A stretch of 54,248 nucleotides of DNA. Source: a virus. Taxonomy: Duplodnaviria > Caudoviricetes. The notes beneath the pieces are model-generated. The model saw nothing but the letters and a program-made list of their open reading frames with translations, searched no databases and was not told the DNA's origin. The translations under genes were made by a program, and so were the position numbers. Location of the stretch: IMG/VR virus record IMGVR_UViG_3300046824_000127, positions 1-54,248 of that record, one strand, 5' to 3'. Shown one piece after another: positions 15,750 to 24,812 of the stretch (its first letter is position 1; the number at the start of each line of letters is the position of its first letter).

Positions 15750-17645
15750 ATGCCGGCAGTCAAGCTCAAGGCGGGCGGATATCTAATCCCCGTAGAGCTG
15801 ACAGAAGTAGGCGAGAACTGGGAGCTGGAGTTCCGTTACAACCGCGCGCTTCTGGACGAGATCAAGTCCATGGAGGGCGCTAGATGGAACCCCAACCGTC
15901 GTGTATGGACGGTCAAGCGCTCCGCGCGCAATAAGTTCTCCCTGGCGTTCCTGCTCGGGAAGCCAGTGTTCGCTCCGTACGACGCGCCTCTCGTCTACGT
16001 GAAGCCGAACCGCCCCGAACCCTGCGGGCACAAGATGCACCCCAACGGTCCGTGCCCGGAGTGCGGTTGTGCTTTCTGCTTGGGTAAGCACCAGATGGTG
16101 ATGCTGAGTCACGTCATGACTCGCAAGCGGTGCATCCTCGCAGGCAAGCCGGGAACCGGCAAGACGCTGGTCGCGATGGAGTTCATGGAGTTGACAAACG
16201 AGCGCCACGATCTACCGTGGTACATCGCTCCCGACTCTGGTCTTCAAGCCGTGATCGCGGACTTCCGCAAGCATCGCCTTGGTGTCCAACCGAGATTGAT
16301 GACGTACGACGGGTTGAAGAAGGAGCTGGCGACATGGAAGCCAGGAGTTCCTCCTCCCCGTCGAGTGATCATGGATGAGTCCTCTCGCGTCAAGGGTCAC
16401 AAGACCCAACGATCCGAGGCCGCGCTCTACCTCTCCCAGAACATGGAGAACTACTGGAAGGGCGACGAGTACTTGATCGAGATGTCCGGAACCCCGGATC
16501 CCAACGAGCCGGTGGATTGGTGGATGCAGTGTGAGATCGCGCGTCCCGGTTACCTCAAGGAACCGAGCTGGTATGCGGAGCGCAAGCGCTTGGCGATCAC
16601 CGTCGAGCGGCAAGGGATGAACGGCAACTATCCTCACCACGTCCAGTGGAAGGACGGTGGTGAGTGTGTCACCTGCAAGGAGAAGCGATCCGTCGCTGAG
16701 GCGCAACTTGAGGGCATCCGTCAGGAACTCGAGAGCATGCACAAGCTGGCGCTCGAAGCTGGCGTGCAGATGTCGGATGAGAAGAAGAAGGAAGTAGAAG
16801 ACCTGATCAACGTCAACAAGCGTGGTCAGATGGAACAGATGCTGATGAAGGAGTTCGACTCCGAGAACTGTGAGTACTGCAAGGGTACGAACCACGTTCC
16901 GGATGAGGTCGGTCTCCTCTCGAAGCGACTTGACGGGTTGGTGCTGAAGGTCGAGAAGCCTGATCTCCCCGCGAAGATATACCGCCGCATCCAATGCGAG
17001 GTCCCACCCGATCTGCTCCGCGCCGCTGAGATGATCGCGATGACTAGCGAGAACGCGCTCGACGCGCTCAACCGGTTGCGCCAGCTGAGCGACGGGTTCC
17101 TGTATGACAAGGAGACCCATGAGCCGAAGTACGCCGGCGGTGCGAAGGAGAAGATCCTCCGCAACCTCCTTGACGAATATTCTGACCAGGGCCGTGTCAT
17201 CATCTACGCGGCGTACACCGCTTCTATCAACCGGATCAAGGCCGTCTGCGAAGAAGAAGGATGGTTGGTCTGGAAGTATGATGGTAAATCTCTCGAGACC
17301 TGGGACGGTCGAGATTTCCAGAGCGCCTATAAGGCTTTCCAAGACAGAAAGGGTTTCCCTCCAAAGATTGCTTACGTCGCTCACCCGAAGAAGGGAGCGA
17401 TGGCTCTCACACTCACAGCTGCCGTCTGCGCTATCTTCTTTTCCAATGACTTTGAGGGTGAGAGTCGGGAACAGGGTGAAGATCGTATTCACCGTATCGG
17501 AATGGACCTCGAGCTAGGCGCGACGATCATCGACATCCTGAACCTGGGCACTGACCTCCTCGTTCTCGAGCGACTGCTCACAAAGCGAGCGATGTCTGGT
17601 CTCACGATCGCGCACGTCACCAGCGCGCTGAAGCAGGCGGCATGA
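15750..17645 (+). CDS. SNF2-like SF2 helicase
   Basis: PGTGKT, IMDESS, MSGTP, QGEDRIHRIG; N-terminal ARWNP..WTV domain. Confidence 0.9.
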   Translation: MPAVKLKAGGYLIPVELTEVGENWELEFRYNRALLDEIKSMEGARWNPNRRVWTVKRSARNKFSLAFLLGKPVFAPYDAPLVYVKPNRPEPCGHKMHPNGPCPECGCAFCLGKHQMVMLSHVMTRKRCILAGKPGTGKTLVAMEFMELTNERHDLPWYIAPDSGLQAVIADFRKHRLGVQPRLMTYDGLKKELATWKPGVPPPRRVIMDESSRVKGHKTQRSEAALYLSQNMENYWKGDEYLIEMSGTPDPNEPVDWWMQCEIARPGYLKEPSWYAERKRLAITVERQGMNGNYPHHVQWKDGGECVTCKEKRSVAEAQLEGIRQELESMHKLALEAGVQMSDEKKKEVEDLINVNKRGQMEQMLMKEFDSENCEYCKGTNHVPDEVGLLSKRLDGLVLKVEKPDLPAKIYRRIQCEVPPDLLRAAEMIAMTSENALDALNRLRQLSDGFLYDKETHEPKYAGGAKEKILRNLLDEYSDQGRVIIYAAYTASINRIKAVCEEEGWLVWKYDGKSLETWDGRDFQSAYKAFQDRKGFPPKIAYVAHPKKGAMALTLTAAVCAIFFSNDFEGESREQGEDRIHRIGMDLELGATIIDILNLGTDLLVLERLLTKRAMSGLTIAHVTSALKQAA

Positions 17646-17881
17646 TGGTCGCGAAGCCTGAGCCGATCTTCCACGATGATGGCAAGACGCCGTGGATGGC
17701 ATTGGGTTGCCCGATGAACGGGTGCAAGCACAAGTTCAAGGTCACGTGGATGTACGAGAGCAAGCTCATCTCCTTTCGTAGGATGAACTACTACCTGATG
17801 CTGATGATCAAGAAGCACATGATGGCGGAGCACAAGAGTCCTCCTCCCCAGATCATCATCGATGACCCGGAGGCACCGTGA
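17642..17881 (+). CDS. Hypothetical C2H2-like protein
   Basis: CPMNGC...HMMAEH. Confidence 0.6.
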   Translation: MMVAKPEPIFHDDGKTPWMALGCPMNGCKHKFKVTWMYESKLISFRRMNYYLMLMIKKHMMAEHKSPPPQIIIDDPEAP

Positions 17882-18390
17882 TCACCTTCCTCCCCAGTCG
17901 GACCTTTACGGTCTGCGCGAAAGCGTTGGACGACAAGCGACTCCTCTCGCAGGTCGGTGAGGCGCGCATGATCCTTGAGGCCATTCTCGAGGGGAAGCAG
18001 ATCGGTCAACCGGCATTCGACATGTGGCGTCCGTATCCCGGTCACCTTGCGATCTACGGCAAGATCATGAGTGACGAACGCCATGTTCGCTGGGGAACGC
18101 GGACCGAGGCATTCTTCGTACCTCACATCCCTCAGTGGTTCTACGGGTTGGGTCACGCAGGTGAGAGCGAGATCCACATCGACCAGAAGGACTGGAACCG
18201 GTGGGACCCGATGAAGGTCAAGGATCCGCCGTGGCTCGGAGACAAGCGGTTGCACATCTCCCACATCCGTCGACTCTTCGACAAGGACCCTACGTTCTAC
18301 GCGAAGTGGCATGACATCGTCAACCATCCCGCCACGTACTGTTGCATCGGTTGCAACTACTGGTGGCCGACGCATGTGGGTGTCGTGTGA
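17878..18390 (+). CDS. Pyrimidine-dimer glycosylase/endonuclease V-like protein
   Basis: TFLP...LDDKRL..QVGEA, PA..MW, PPWLG...H.SH...KDP.FY. Confidence 0.8.
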   Translation: MITFLPSRTFTVCAKALDDKRLLSQVGEARMILEAILEGKQIGQPAFDMWRPYPGHLAIYGKIMSDERHVRWGTRTEAFFVPHIPQWFYGLGHAGESEIHIDQKDWNRWDPMKVKDPPWLGDKRLHISHIRRLFDKDPTFYAKWHDIVNHPATYCCIGCNYWWPTHVGVV

Positions 18391-18575
18391 CGATCCGCGT
18401 CAAGATCTACGTCGACGGCAAGCTCAAGAAGGTCTTCACCGAGGACATCGGTGAGGATGAGCACATCGGCCTTCAGAACACCCTGTTGCTTCCGGTTTGC
18501 GGTCGTGAGATCGCGGAGTCACGAAACAACACGTGGTCCCGGGACGTACGCTGGGAGATTGAGGTGATCCGGTGA
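18387..18575 (+). CDS. Hypothetical protein
   Basis: GTGA coupling. Confidence 0.6.
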   Translation: MTIRVKIYVDGKLKKVFTEDIGEDEHIGLQNTLLLPVCGREIAESRNNTWSRDVRWEIEVIR

Positions 18576-18916
18576 ACACCGTCCAGTTCTTTCGCGTCTG
18601 TGAGTACTACCAGACTAAGCTTCGTAGCTATGGCGCGAAGCCGATGGAACCGTTAGTCAACCCACAGGCAGTTGACTTCCAGACCCTCAAGACGTTGTCA
18701 CTCTGCCACGCGCTCTACATGGTGGAGAAGATGACTGCGATCTACCCGACCGATCGGGAGAAGGCAATGCGCTGGCTAGGCTTCGTGCAAGGTGTCTTCT
18801 ACATGACCGGTTACATGACCATCGAGCAGTTGAAGGAGGACAACCGATCCTGCACTCATCCCGGTTACCATACCGGTGAGCTTTGCTCATTGTGCCAGGA
18901 GACGGTAACCCGATGA
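18572..18916 (+). CDS. Hypothetical phage protein (KAMRWLGFVQG motif) with Cys/His tail
   Basis: Coupled ORF; helical motif of a type seen in small phage proteins. Confidence 0.7.
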   Translation: MNTVQFFRVCEYYQTKLRSYGAKPMEPLVNPQAVDFQTLKTLSLCHALYMVEKMTAIYPTDREKAMRWLGFVQGVFYMTGYMTIEQLKEDNRSCTHPGYHTGELCSLCQETVTR

Positions 18917-19407
18917 GAAGAAGCGGCCGGACGACCCGGATGATGGAGCAAGCGGAGAAGGAAGCACAGGCCGGCAAGGCGGTCTACGTGATCTTCGCTA
19001 ACGCGGCACTGGCGGCGATGTACAAGACGCCGGAGCGTGAGGCGATGGGCATCAAGTTCGAGACGCCGTCCTCTTTGCCGAACTTCAATTGGCGACGGTG
19101 GACCAACCCAGGCGCCAATGAGAACTGCGTGTTCCTGGCAGATCACTTCACGATCGAGAACCACTGGTCCACCGTCTTGGAGATGGCACACCGCTGGGAT
19201 GCAACGACCACCTTCGACATCGATGACTTCGTCCGAAAGGAAGGCGGAGACTTCAGTTTCGAGGGACACGTGGTCTCGGTAGTCCGCAAGAAGCGAAGCG
19301 GTGAGATCCGCTACGTGGTCGAAGATGACCGTGGTCTCCTGTTCATCTTCCGCGGTGAACAACTCACGTACGCTGGTCATGGGACCGTGAGGAGTTCAGA
19401 AGCGTGA
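18913..19407 (+). CDS. Hypothetical protein: P-loop-like N-terminus plus SH3-like C-terminus
   Basis: RRSGRTT followed by VYVI; C-terminal beta-rich KEGGDFSFEG...RYVVE. Confidence 0.6.
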   Translation: MRRSGRTTRMMEQAEKEAQAGKAVYVIFANAALAAMYKTPEREAMGIKFETPSSLPNFNWRRWTNPGANENCVFLADHFTIENHWSTVLEMAHRWDATTTFDIDDFVRKEGGDFSFEGHVVSVVRKKRSGEIRYVVEDDRGLLFIFRGEQLTYAGHGTVRSSEA

Positions 19408-21590
19408 GGTTCCTCGACTCTGAGACCGCTGGGTTTGTCGGACCCGCCGTTATCTGGCAGCACGCGATCGACAACGATCCGATCCAGATCCACCACGTGT
19501 GGCGGCGACCGGTCCGTGAAACCCTGCAGCTCTTGGAGAACTTCACCGGCGAGTCGATCTGCGGGTTCAACCTGACGTTCGACTGGTTCATGGCGAACAA
19601 GGACTACAACGTCTTCCGTCATTTCCAGAACCTGAGCGATCCTCCTACGATCGCGGAGTGGAGAGCCAATGAGCTCAAGGGATCCCGTGAAGCGCTCTGC
19701 CTCAAGCCCGCTTCTGCTCTTGACCTCTACCTGTATGCTCTGCGCGGGCCGATGCAAGTGCTTATGGACCGCGATCCAATCGTTATCAGACGGGTGCCGA
19801 AACTACTCGCCACTCTTCTCTGTGAAGAACTGGCCAGACTCGTCCACTTCGACAAGATCCACTTCAAGTTCGGCAAGGACTGGTACGTCGATCCGGAGTC
19901 CAAGGATCCCGACTTCCCTGACATCGTGCTGGCCTTCGGAGCCACCGCCGCTCTGAAGCCGATCATCCAGCACGTCTTCGGGATCGAGACCATCGACTTC
20001 CCGCTTCCCGACGGACTCAAGACAACTGATGACAAGAAGACGCAGTACTTCCCCTGGAGCGTCAAGCGCCAGTGGCCGGAGAAGCTTCCTGGTCTGATCG
20101 ACTATTGGTACACCAACAAGAAGGCGATCGAGTATGCCACAGAAGACGTCGAACACCTCCGGCGACTTTGGTATCACTGGGGACGACCCGAACCGGGAGA
20201 CGATGACTCGATCCTTGCGTGCGCTGTTGCGGCAACAAGATGGAAGGGATTCAATCTCGATCGAGACCGAGCCCTCGCCTTGTACAAGTCCCAACTGGAC
20301 CTCGCCCGCTCAAGTGTCCGCTCTCCTACGGCAGTTCGATCCGGACTTCTGCCGCTGCTGTCAGACGTCGAAAGGCTTGTCGTCCAAGACACGCGCGCTG
20401 AGACTCTTGAACAGCTGGTTCACTGGAATGTCGATGGATCCCATACGGGAGGCTTGGACGACGGTACTGCGATCGTCGGAGATCATCCTGCTGCGAAATA
20501 TGCTGCAGGAGTCATTGGTGCCCGGACTGCCGAGAAGCGTGCTAACCTCGCCGGTAAGCTCTGGCGAGTTGGAAGCTTTCATCCGGATTTCAAGATCCTT
20601 GGGGCGAAGTCCGCTCGAATGTCTGGAGCTGGTGGTCTCAATGCACATGGCATTGATAACTGGGGACCCATGCGCTCCGTGTTTCCTTTCGCATTCCCCG
20701 GCGAAGGGTTTTCTGGAGGAGACTTCGACTCCTTCGAGCCCAACATAGGTTGTGCCGTCTACGGTGACAGCAACCTTGAGCGAGACCTCAAGTCCGGTAG
20801 GAAGATCCACGGTCTCTTCGGTGAGATGGCGTACGAGCTGGACTACTCGATCGTTGTGGCCAACAAGGCCGCTGGCTCGCTCTACGACCGTGCGAAGAAG
20901 GGTTACCTCGCGTGGTCCTATGGCGGGCAGGCGAAGAAGATCGCTACCGTGCTCGACAAGCAGGAGAAGGAGATCACTGCCTTCTTCATGAGAATGGGGC
21001 AACGCTATCCCCAGATGCTAGCGTACCGAGAGAGACGCGCGATGGAGTTCTGCTCCATGCGGCAACCGCATGGGATCGGTACCCGCGTAGTCTGGCATGA
21101 TCCGGCGGAGTTCGTCAACTCCCTGCTGGGTGACAAACGGTACTTCACGCTTGAGAACCAGACCTGCAAGGCGCTGTTCAATCTGGCGCAGGAGATGCCG
21201 CGGGAGTTCATGGATCTCGGGAGGTTCCAGGTCAAGCGTCGCGATCGTACGCAGACCGCGACCGGAGCCTGTCAGTCAGCGCTTTACGCAGCGGCGTTCG
21301 GGATCCAAGGCTCGAACATGCGAGCCGCGCTGAACCACGAGATCCAGTCCACCGGTGCGCGCATCACTAAGGCGACGCAACGCCGAGTCTGGGACCTACA
21401 GCCGTGTGGGATCCACGCGTGGCGTGTGCGTATCATGCAGGTCCACGACGAACTCCTCGTAGTCCATGACAACATCGCTGACGCTGTGTACATCACTGTG
21501 ATGGGCAGCATCGAGCATTTCAAGACCGTGGTCCCACTCCTGGCCATCACCTGGCGCAAGGAACTTCCAGACTGGAGCTACATGAAATGA
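19404..21590 (+). CDS. polA: Family A DNA polymerase with 3'-5' exonuclease domain
   Basis: LDSET, FNLTFD, YATED; motif A DFDSFE; motif B KKGYLAWSYG; NHEIQS; motif C VHDE. Confidence 0.92.
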   Translation: MRFLDSETAGFVGPAVIWQHAIDNDPIQIHHVWRRPVRETLQLLENFTGESICGFNLTFDWFMANKDYNVFRHFQNLSDPPTIAEWRANELKGSREALCLKPASALDLYLYALRGPMQVLMDRDPIVIRRVPKLLATLLCEELARLVHFDKIHFKFGKDWYVDPESKDPDFPDIVLAFGATAALKPIIQHVFGIETIDFPLPDGLKTTDDKKTQYFPWSVKRQWPEKLPGLIDYWYTNKKAIEYATEDVEHLRRLWYHWGRPEPGDDDSILACAVAATRWKGFNLDRDRALALYKSQLDLARSSVRSPTAVRSGLLPLLSDVERLVVQDTRAETLEQLVHWNVDGSHTGGLDDGTAIVGDHPAAKYAAGVIGARTAEKRANLAGKLWRVGSFHPDFKILGAKSARMSGAGGLNAHGIDNWGPMRSVFPFAFPGEGFSGGDFDSFEPNIGCAVYGDSNLERDLKSGRKIHGLFGEMAYELDYSIVVANKAAGSLYDRAKKGYLAWSYGGQAKKIATVLDKQEKEITAFFMRMGQRYPQMLAYRERRAMEFCSMRQPHGIGTRVVWHDPAEFVNSLLGDKRYFTLENQTCKALFNLAQEMPREFMDLGRFQVKRRDRTQTATGACQSALYAAAFGIQGSNMRAALNHEIQSTGARITKATQRRVWDLQPCGIHAWRVRIMQVHDELLVVHDNIADAVYITVMGSIEHFKTVVPLLAITWRKELPDWSYMK

Positions 21591-21925
21591 AACCCCTAAT
21601 CGAAGTCAAGTCCGTCAACGCAGATGGCGTGTTCACGAGGATCACCCTCGACTTCGACTCCATCTTCGGGATGTCACCTCACCAGTCGAAGATCCGGTTG
21701 GAGGCAGGACCGCAGGTGGTCAACGGGACGATCCTGATGTTCAAGAACGGGAAGGAGATGTTCGTCACCGACGACTACGACAAGTTGACGGATCAGTGGA
21801 TCAAGCTCACCCACCCGTGTGTCAATGTTCCCGAGGGCAGCGACGCGCCACATCACGTCTGCGGTCACGGTTACGCGGCACGGACCTGCGGGTTGTGCGA
21901 GCGTGATGGGATGCTCGGCAAATGA
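21587..21925 (+). CDS. Hypothetical protein (FlbD-like small beta domain plus Cys tail)
   Basis: TILMFKNGKEMFVTDDYD pattern; C-terminal CGH...CGLC. Confidence 0.55.
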   Translation: MKPLIEVKSVNADGVFTRITLDFDSIFGMSPHQSKIRLEAGPQVVNGTILMFKNGKEMFVTDDYDKLTDQWIKLTHPCVNVPEGSDAPHHVCGHGYAARTCGLCERDGMLGK

Positions 21926-22206
21926 ACCGCTGGGCAGTGCTGCTCGAGAAGCAATCCAAGGACGGTGACACCAAGACAAGATGGTGCATCGCCGGGGCTC
22001 GCAAGCACGACATCGACTACATCGAAGCTACCTGCCGTATCAGAGGCAAGGAGTTCGGTGTCACCAAGAACGGCGGACCAGTGGCGTTCATCGCCCAGGC
22101 CGTCGTGATCTGGGAGACCGCGGAAGACAAGCTCGACGCTGAGACCCGCGTGATCATCGAGAAGTGGGCCAACGGTGACTTTGTCATCGATGCGAGTACA
22201 GCATGA
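21922..22206 (+). CDS. Hypothetical protein
   Basis: ATGA coupling. Confidence 0.65.
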   Translation: MNRWAVLLEKQSKDGDTKTRWCIAGARKHDIDYIEATCRIRGKEFGVTKNGGPVAFIAQAVVIWETAEDKLDAETRVIIEKWANGDFVIDASTA

Positions 22207-23138
22207 ACTTCGAACCGATGCTTGCACAACCGCTGGACTACGAGTACGACGAGGAGACTCTCCAGCCGAAGTTCACCGAACAGCAGTTCCAGTGGGACGC
22301 TGAGGTCAAGCTCGACGGCGTCCGCATGCTCGTCTACCTGGAGCGGAACTGCAACAACTCCCGTGCTCTGACTAGAGTCAAGGGCAAGCACACCGGGGAG
22401 TACGCCAACAAGCTCGGGCATCTCGCATGGGCGAGGACCGACGGGTTGGTGGAGAGCGGGACAACGGTCCTCGACGGTGAGGTCACGTGGGGCAAGAACT
22501 CGCGGACCACGATGGAGATCCTCGGTTGCCACGCGAACGAGAGTCTCATCCGTCAAGCGCGAACCGAACCACTGAAGTTCACCGCGTTCGACATCCTCAT
22601 GGGAGGCGGTCGGGACTATCGCTACAAGACCTACGAGCAGCGTCGCGACATCCTCACAGCGGTGATGTTCAACCTGAACGTCCAGTTTCCTGGCGAGGTC
22701 GATTGGGTGATGCCCGGACCCGCGAAGGCGTTATGGGCTCGCGGCGGCGAGGGCATCATGCTCAAGGAGCCGATGCACAACTACCAGACCGGACGACGAT
22801 CCGAGTCCTGGCTCAAGGTCAAGCGCTTCAAGAAGTACATCGCGGTGGTGACCGGTTACACGGCCGGAAAGCAGGGCAAGACGGGTCAGATGGTAGGACT
22901 CATGGGTTCTCTCTGGCTCGGGATGTTGGATCACCGTGGGATCCTGTTGCCGGTCGGATCAGCCGGCACTGGGTTCGGTATGTCAGAACGTTCGCCGTCC
23001 GCATGGCCAGTCCGCACTGTGGTGGAAGTGGCTTCATCGGACGTAACCGAGGATGGCAAGCTGTGGCATCCCAGGTTCCTCAAACGACGTCCCGATCTGA
23101 GGGTCGAGGACGCACTACTGTCACAGCTGGAGGCCTGA
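22203..23138 (+). CDS. ATP-dependent DNA ligase
   Basis: KLDGVR, LDGE, AFDIL, EGIMLK, WLKVK, AGTG, HPRF. Confidence 0.95.
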   Translation: MNFEPMLAQPLDYEYDEETLQPKFTEQQFQWDAEVKLDGVRMLVYLERNCNNSRALTRVKGKHTGEYANKLGHLAWARTDGLVESGTTVLDGEVTWGKNSRTTMEILGCHANESLIRQARTEPLKFTAFDILMGGGRDYRYKTYEQRRDILTAVMFNLNVQFPGEVDWVMPGPAKALWARGGEGIMLKEPMHNYQTGRRSESWLKVKRFKKYIAVVTGYTAGKQGKTGQMVGLMGSLWLGMLDHRGILLPVGSAGTGFGMSERSPSAWPVRTVVEVASSDVTEDGKLWHPRFLKRRPDLRVEDALLSQLEA

Positions 23139-23139
23139 G

Positions 23140-23355
23140 ATGGCGAAGAAGAAACCGGATCTCGCTTCTCTCGAGGTCGAGCTCCGCGATTCGTTTCAGA
23201 AGTACAGGCGTCGTCTGGACATGCTCACACGTTTCCGCGCCTTGGGCAAGGTGTCGGAAGAGCAGGTCGGGGAGTTCGTCACTGCGATGAACGATGACGA
23301 TGAGCTGACCGCCCGCAAGGTCATGAAGATCATCGAGGTGCAGCGTGGCAGCTGA
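23140..23355 (+). CDS. Hypothetical protein
   Basis: GGAGG upstream. Confidence 0.65.
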   Translation: MAKKKPDLASLEVELRDSFQKYRRRLDMLTRFRALGKVSEEQVGEFVTAMNDDDELTARKVMKIIEVQRGS

Positions 23356-23521
23356 CGAGATCATGAAGAAGAACGCCAAGCTGGCGTACCGCTTCTTCGA
23401 CCTCCCCGCAGAAGTGCGGACGGGGCAGTACATGGAGTTCGCCCGTCTGTGGGACTCCGGTCGCTACCACGAGGCCGAGCTCATGCTCGAGCGTCTGGAG
23501 AAAGCCGCTGGTGGTGCATGA
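23345..23521 (+). CDS. Small hypothetical protein (not in ORF track)
   Basis: GAGG upstream of GTG; MAADEIMKKNAKLAYRFF...; ATGA-coupled to the next gene. Confidence 0.55.
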   Translation: MAADEIMKKNAKLAYRFFDLPAEVRTGQYMEFARLWDSGRYHEAELMLERLEKAAGGA

Positions 23522-23820
23522 ACAAGAGCAAGCTCATGGAGCGGTTCCGGGGTTGCTACCCAGTTCTTCAACGGTGCGGGATCACCGTCGAGAAGATCGC
23601 CGCCGTCGAAGGAGCGATCAGCAAGCTCGACGGTCCTGCGCTGTCGAAGAAGCACAAGTGGCTGCACCGCGTCGAGGTCGCGTGCAAGCATGAGGCCGAG
23701 CACTGGGCTGATCTCACGCCGAAGGCGTGGGGCAACCTCGCGCTGCTGTCTCCCGGTTCGGAGGACATCAGGAAGCTCAAGTCCTACCGGAAGGCGGTGA
23801 AGGTCGCGTTCAAGTCGTAG
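23518..23820 (+). CDS. Hypothetical protein
   Basis: Last gene of the + block. Confidence 0.65.
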   Translation: MNKSKLMERFRGCYPVLQRCGITVEKIAAVEGAISKLDGPALSKKHKWLHRVEVACKHEAEHWADLTPKAWGNLALLSPGSEDIRKLKSYRKAVKVAFKS

Positions 23821-23829
23821 CAGCAGTTC

Positions 23830-24621
23830 TCAAGTCGTAGTGGGAGCGGAAGCTTCCACGGTGGCCCGGGGTTTGGCGAGTCGCTGTTGACCCTCCAAGT
23901 TGCCGGCACTCCCGCCCCGGTGCCACCATACCAGATGCAGCTGATGGATCAGCGCAACCCGGTCGATGTTGTTGTTCACCGTCTTGTAGTTCCCTTCGGA
24001 ACCAGGACGAGGCGGGATCCGGAGACTCTGGGCGTAGTCATCCTTGCCCGAGTCGTATCCGTCGAACCCGACCATGACGAACGTCTTGATGCCCATCACG
24101 CCGGACATCACCTCCAAGGCGACGGGCGCGGTCTCGTACCCCGGCGAAGTGTGAACTCCCCATTCCCAGACCGCCATGTTGGGGAACGCCTGATGGGTCT
24201 GCTTCGGCTCGACGCACGCGATTGAGTCCACGCGTCCCTGCGCTAGTTTGATCAGAGGTCCGTCGTCCAGCGCGAAGACGTACTTGCACGGGTACAACAG
24301 TCCTGCCTCGTTGATCCCGATCGGGACGACGTGCCAGCGATGACGCTTCCCCTCGACGAGGAAGCGGTCGAGACTCGGTCCCTTGCCGAGCATGAGTCCG
24401 ACCATCCCCTCGTGGGCGTTCTTGTACTTCATGATGTCGAGCTTCTTGAACTCGCCGGGAGCCATCGGCTTCCACCGGAGATCCTGCGGTCGAGTCCGCA
24501 GCATCGTGCGATCAAGGTAGGCCTCGACCATCTTGTTCGGCTTTGTGAGCCAGATCGTTCCGTCTTCGTCACGGCGAAGACCGTCGCAGTTCCGGCAACC
24601 GGGGAGATTGACCTGACTCAT
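23830..24621 (-). CDS. Maf/DUF115-like glycosyltransferase-fold protein
   Basis: LGKGPSL, IGINEA, FALD, MGIKTFVMVGFD. Confidence 0.7.
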   Translation of the reverse strand: MSQVNLPGCRNCDGLRRDEDGTIWLTKPNKMVEAYLDRTMLRTRPQDLRWKPMAPGEFKKLDIMKYKNAHEGMVGLMLGKGPSLDRFLVEGKRHRWHVVPIGINEAGLLYPCKYVFALDDGPLIKLAQGRVDSIACVEPKQTHQAFPNMAVWEWGVHTSPGYETAPVALEVMSGVMGIKTFVMVGFDGYDSGKDDYAQSLRIPPRPGSEGNYKTVNNNIDRVALIHQLHLVWWHRGGSAGNLEGQQRLAKPRATVEASAPTTT

Positions 24622-24812
24622 GTTAGCGCTGCCTTCCACTTGGTCACGACGGCATCGTAGGTCTCCTTGACCTCCATACGCTCGCCGGTGCTCTTGAGCA
24701 CAAGCCACGCCCAACCATTCTTGTTCTTGCCTACCTGGGCGATATCGGTGGCATCGACTGACATACTGCCGTGCGTCGTACAGTTGAGGATGATCACCTG
24801 AGTGTTGCTCAC
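24618..24812 (-). CDS. Small hypothetical protein (FlbD-like)
   Basis: GGAGG before GTG; VDATDIAQV...TGERMEVKETYD. Confidence 0.55.
   Translation of the reverse strand: MSNTQVIILNCTTHGSMSVDATDIAQVGKNKNGWAWLVLKSTGERMEVKETYDAVVTKWKAALT

Noticed and set aside
16660-16890. Helicase insertion as an intein
   Set aside because: No intein HN-C/S/T C-terminus or homing-endonuclease motif
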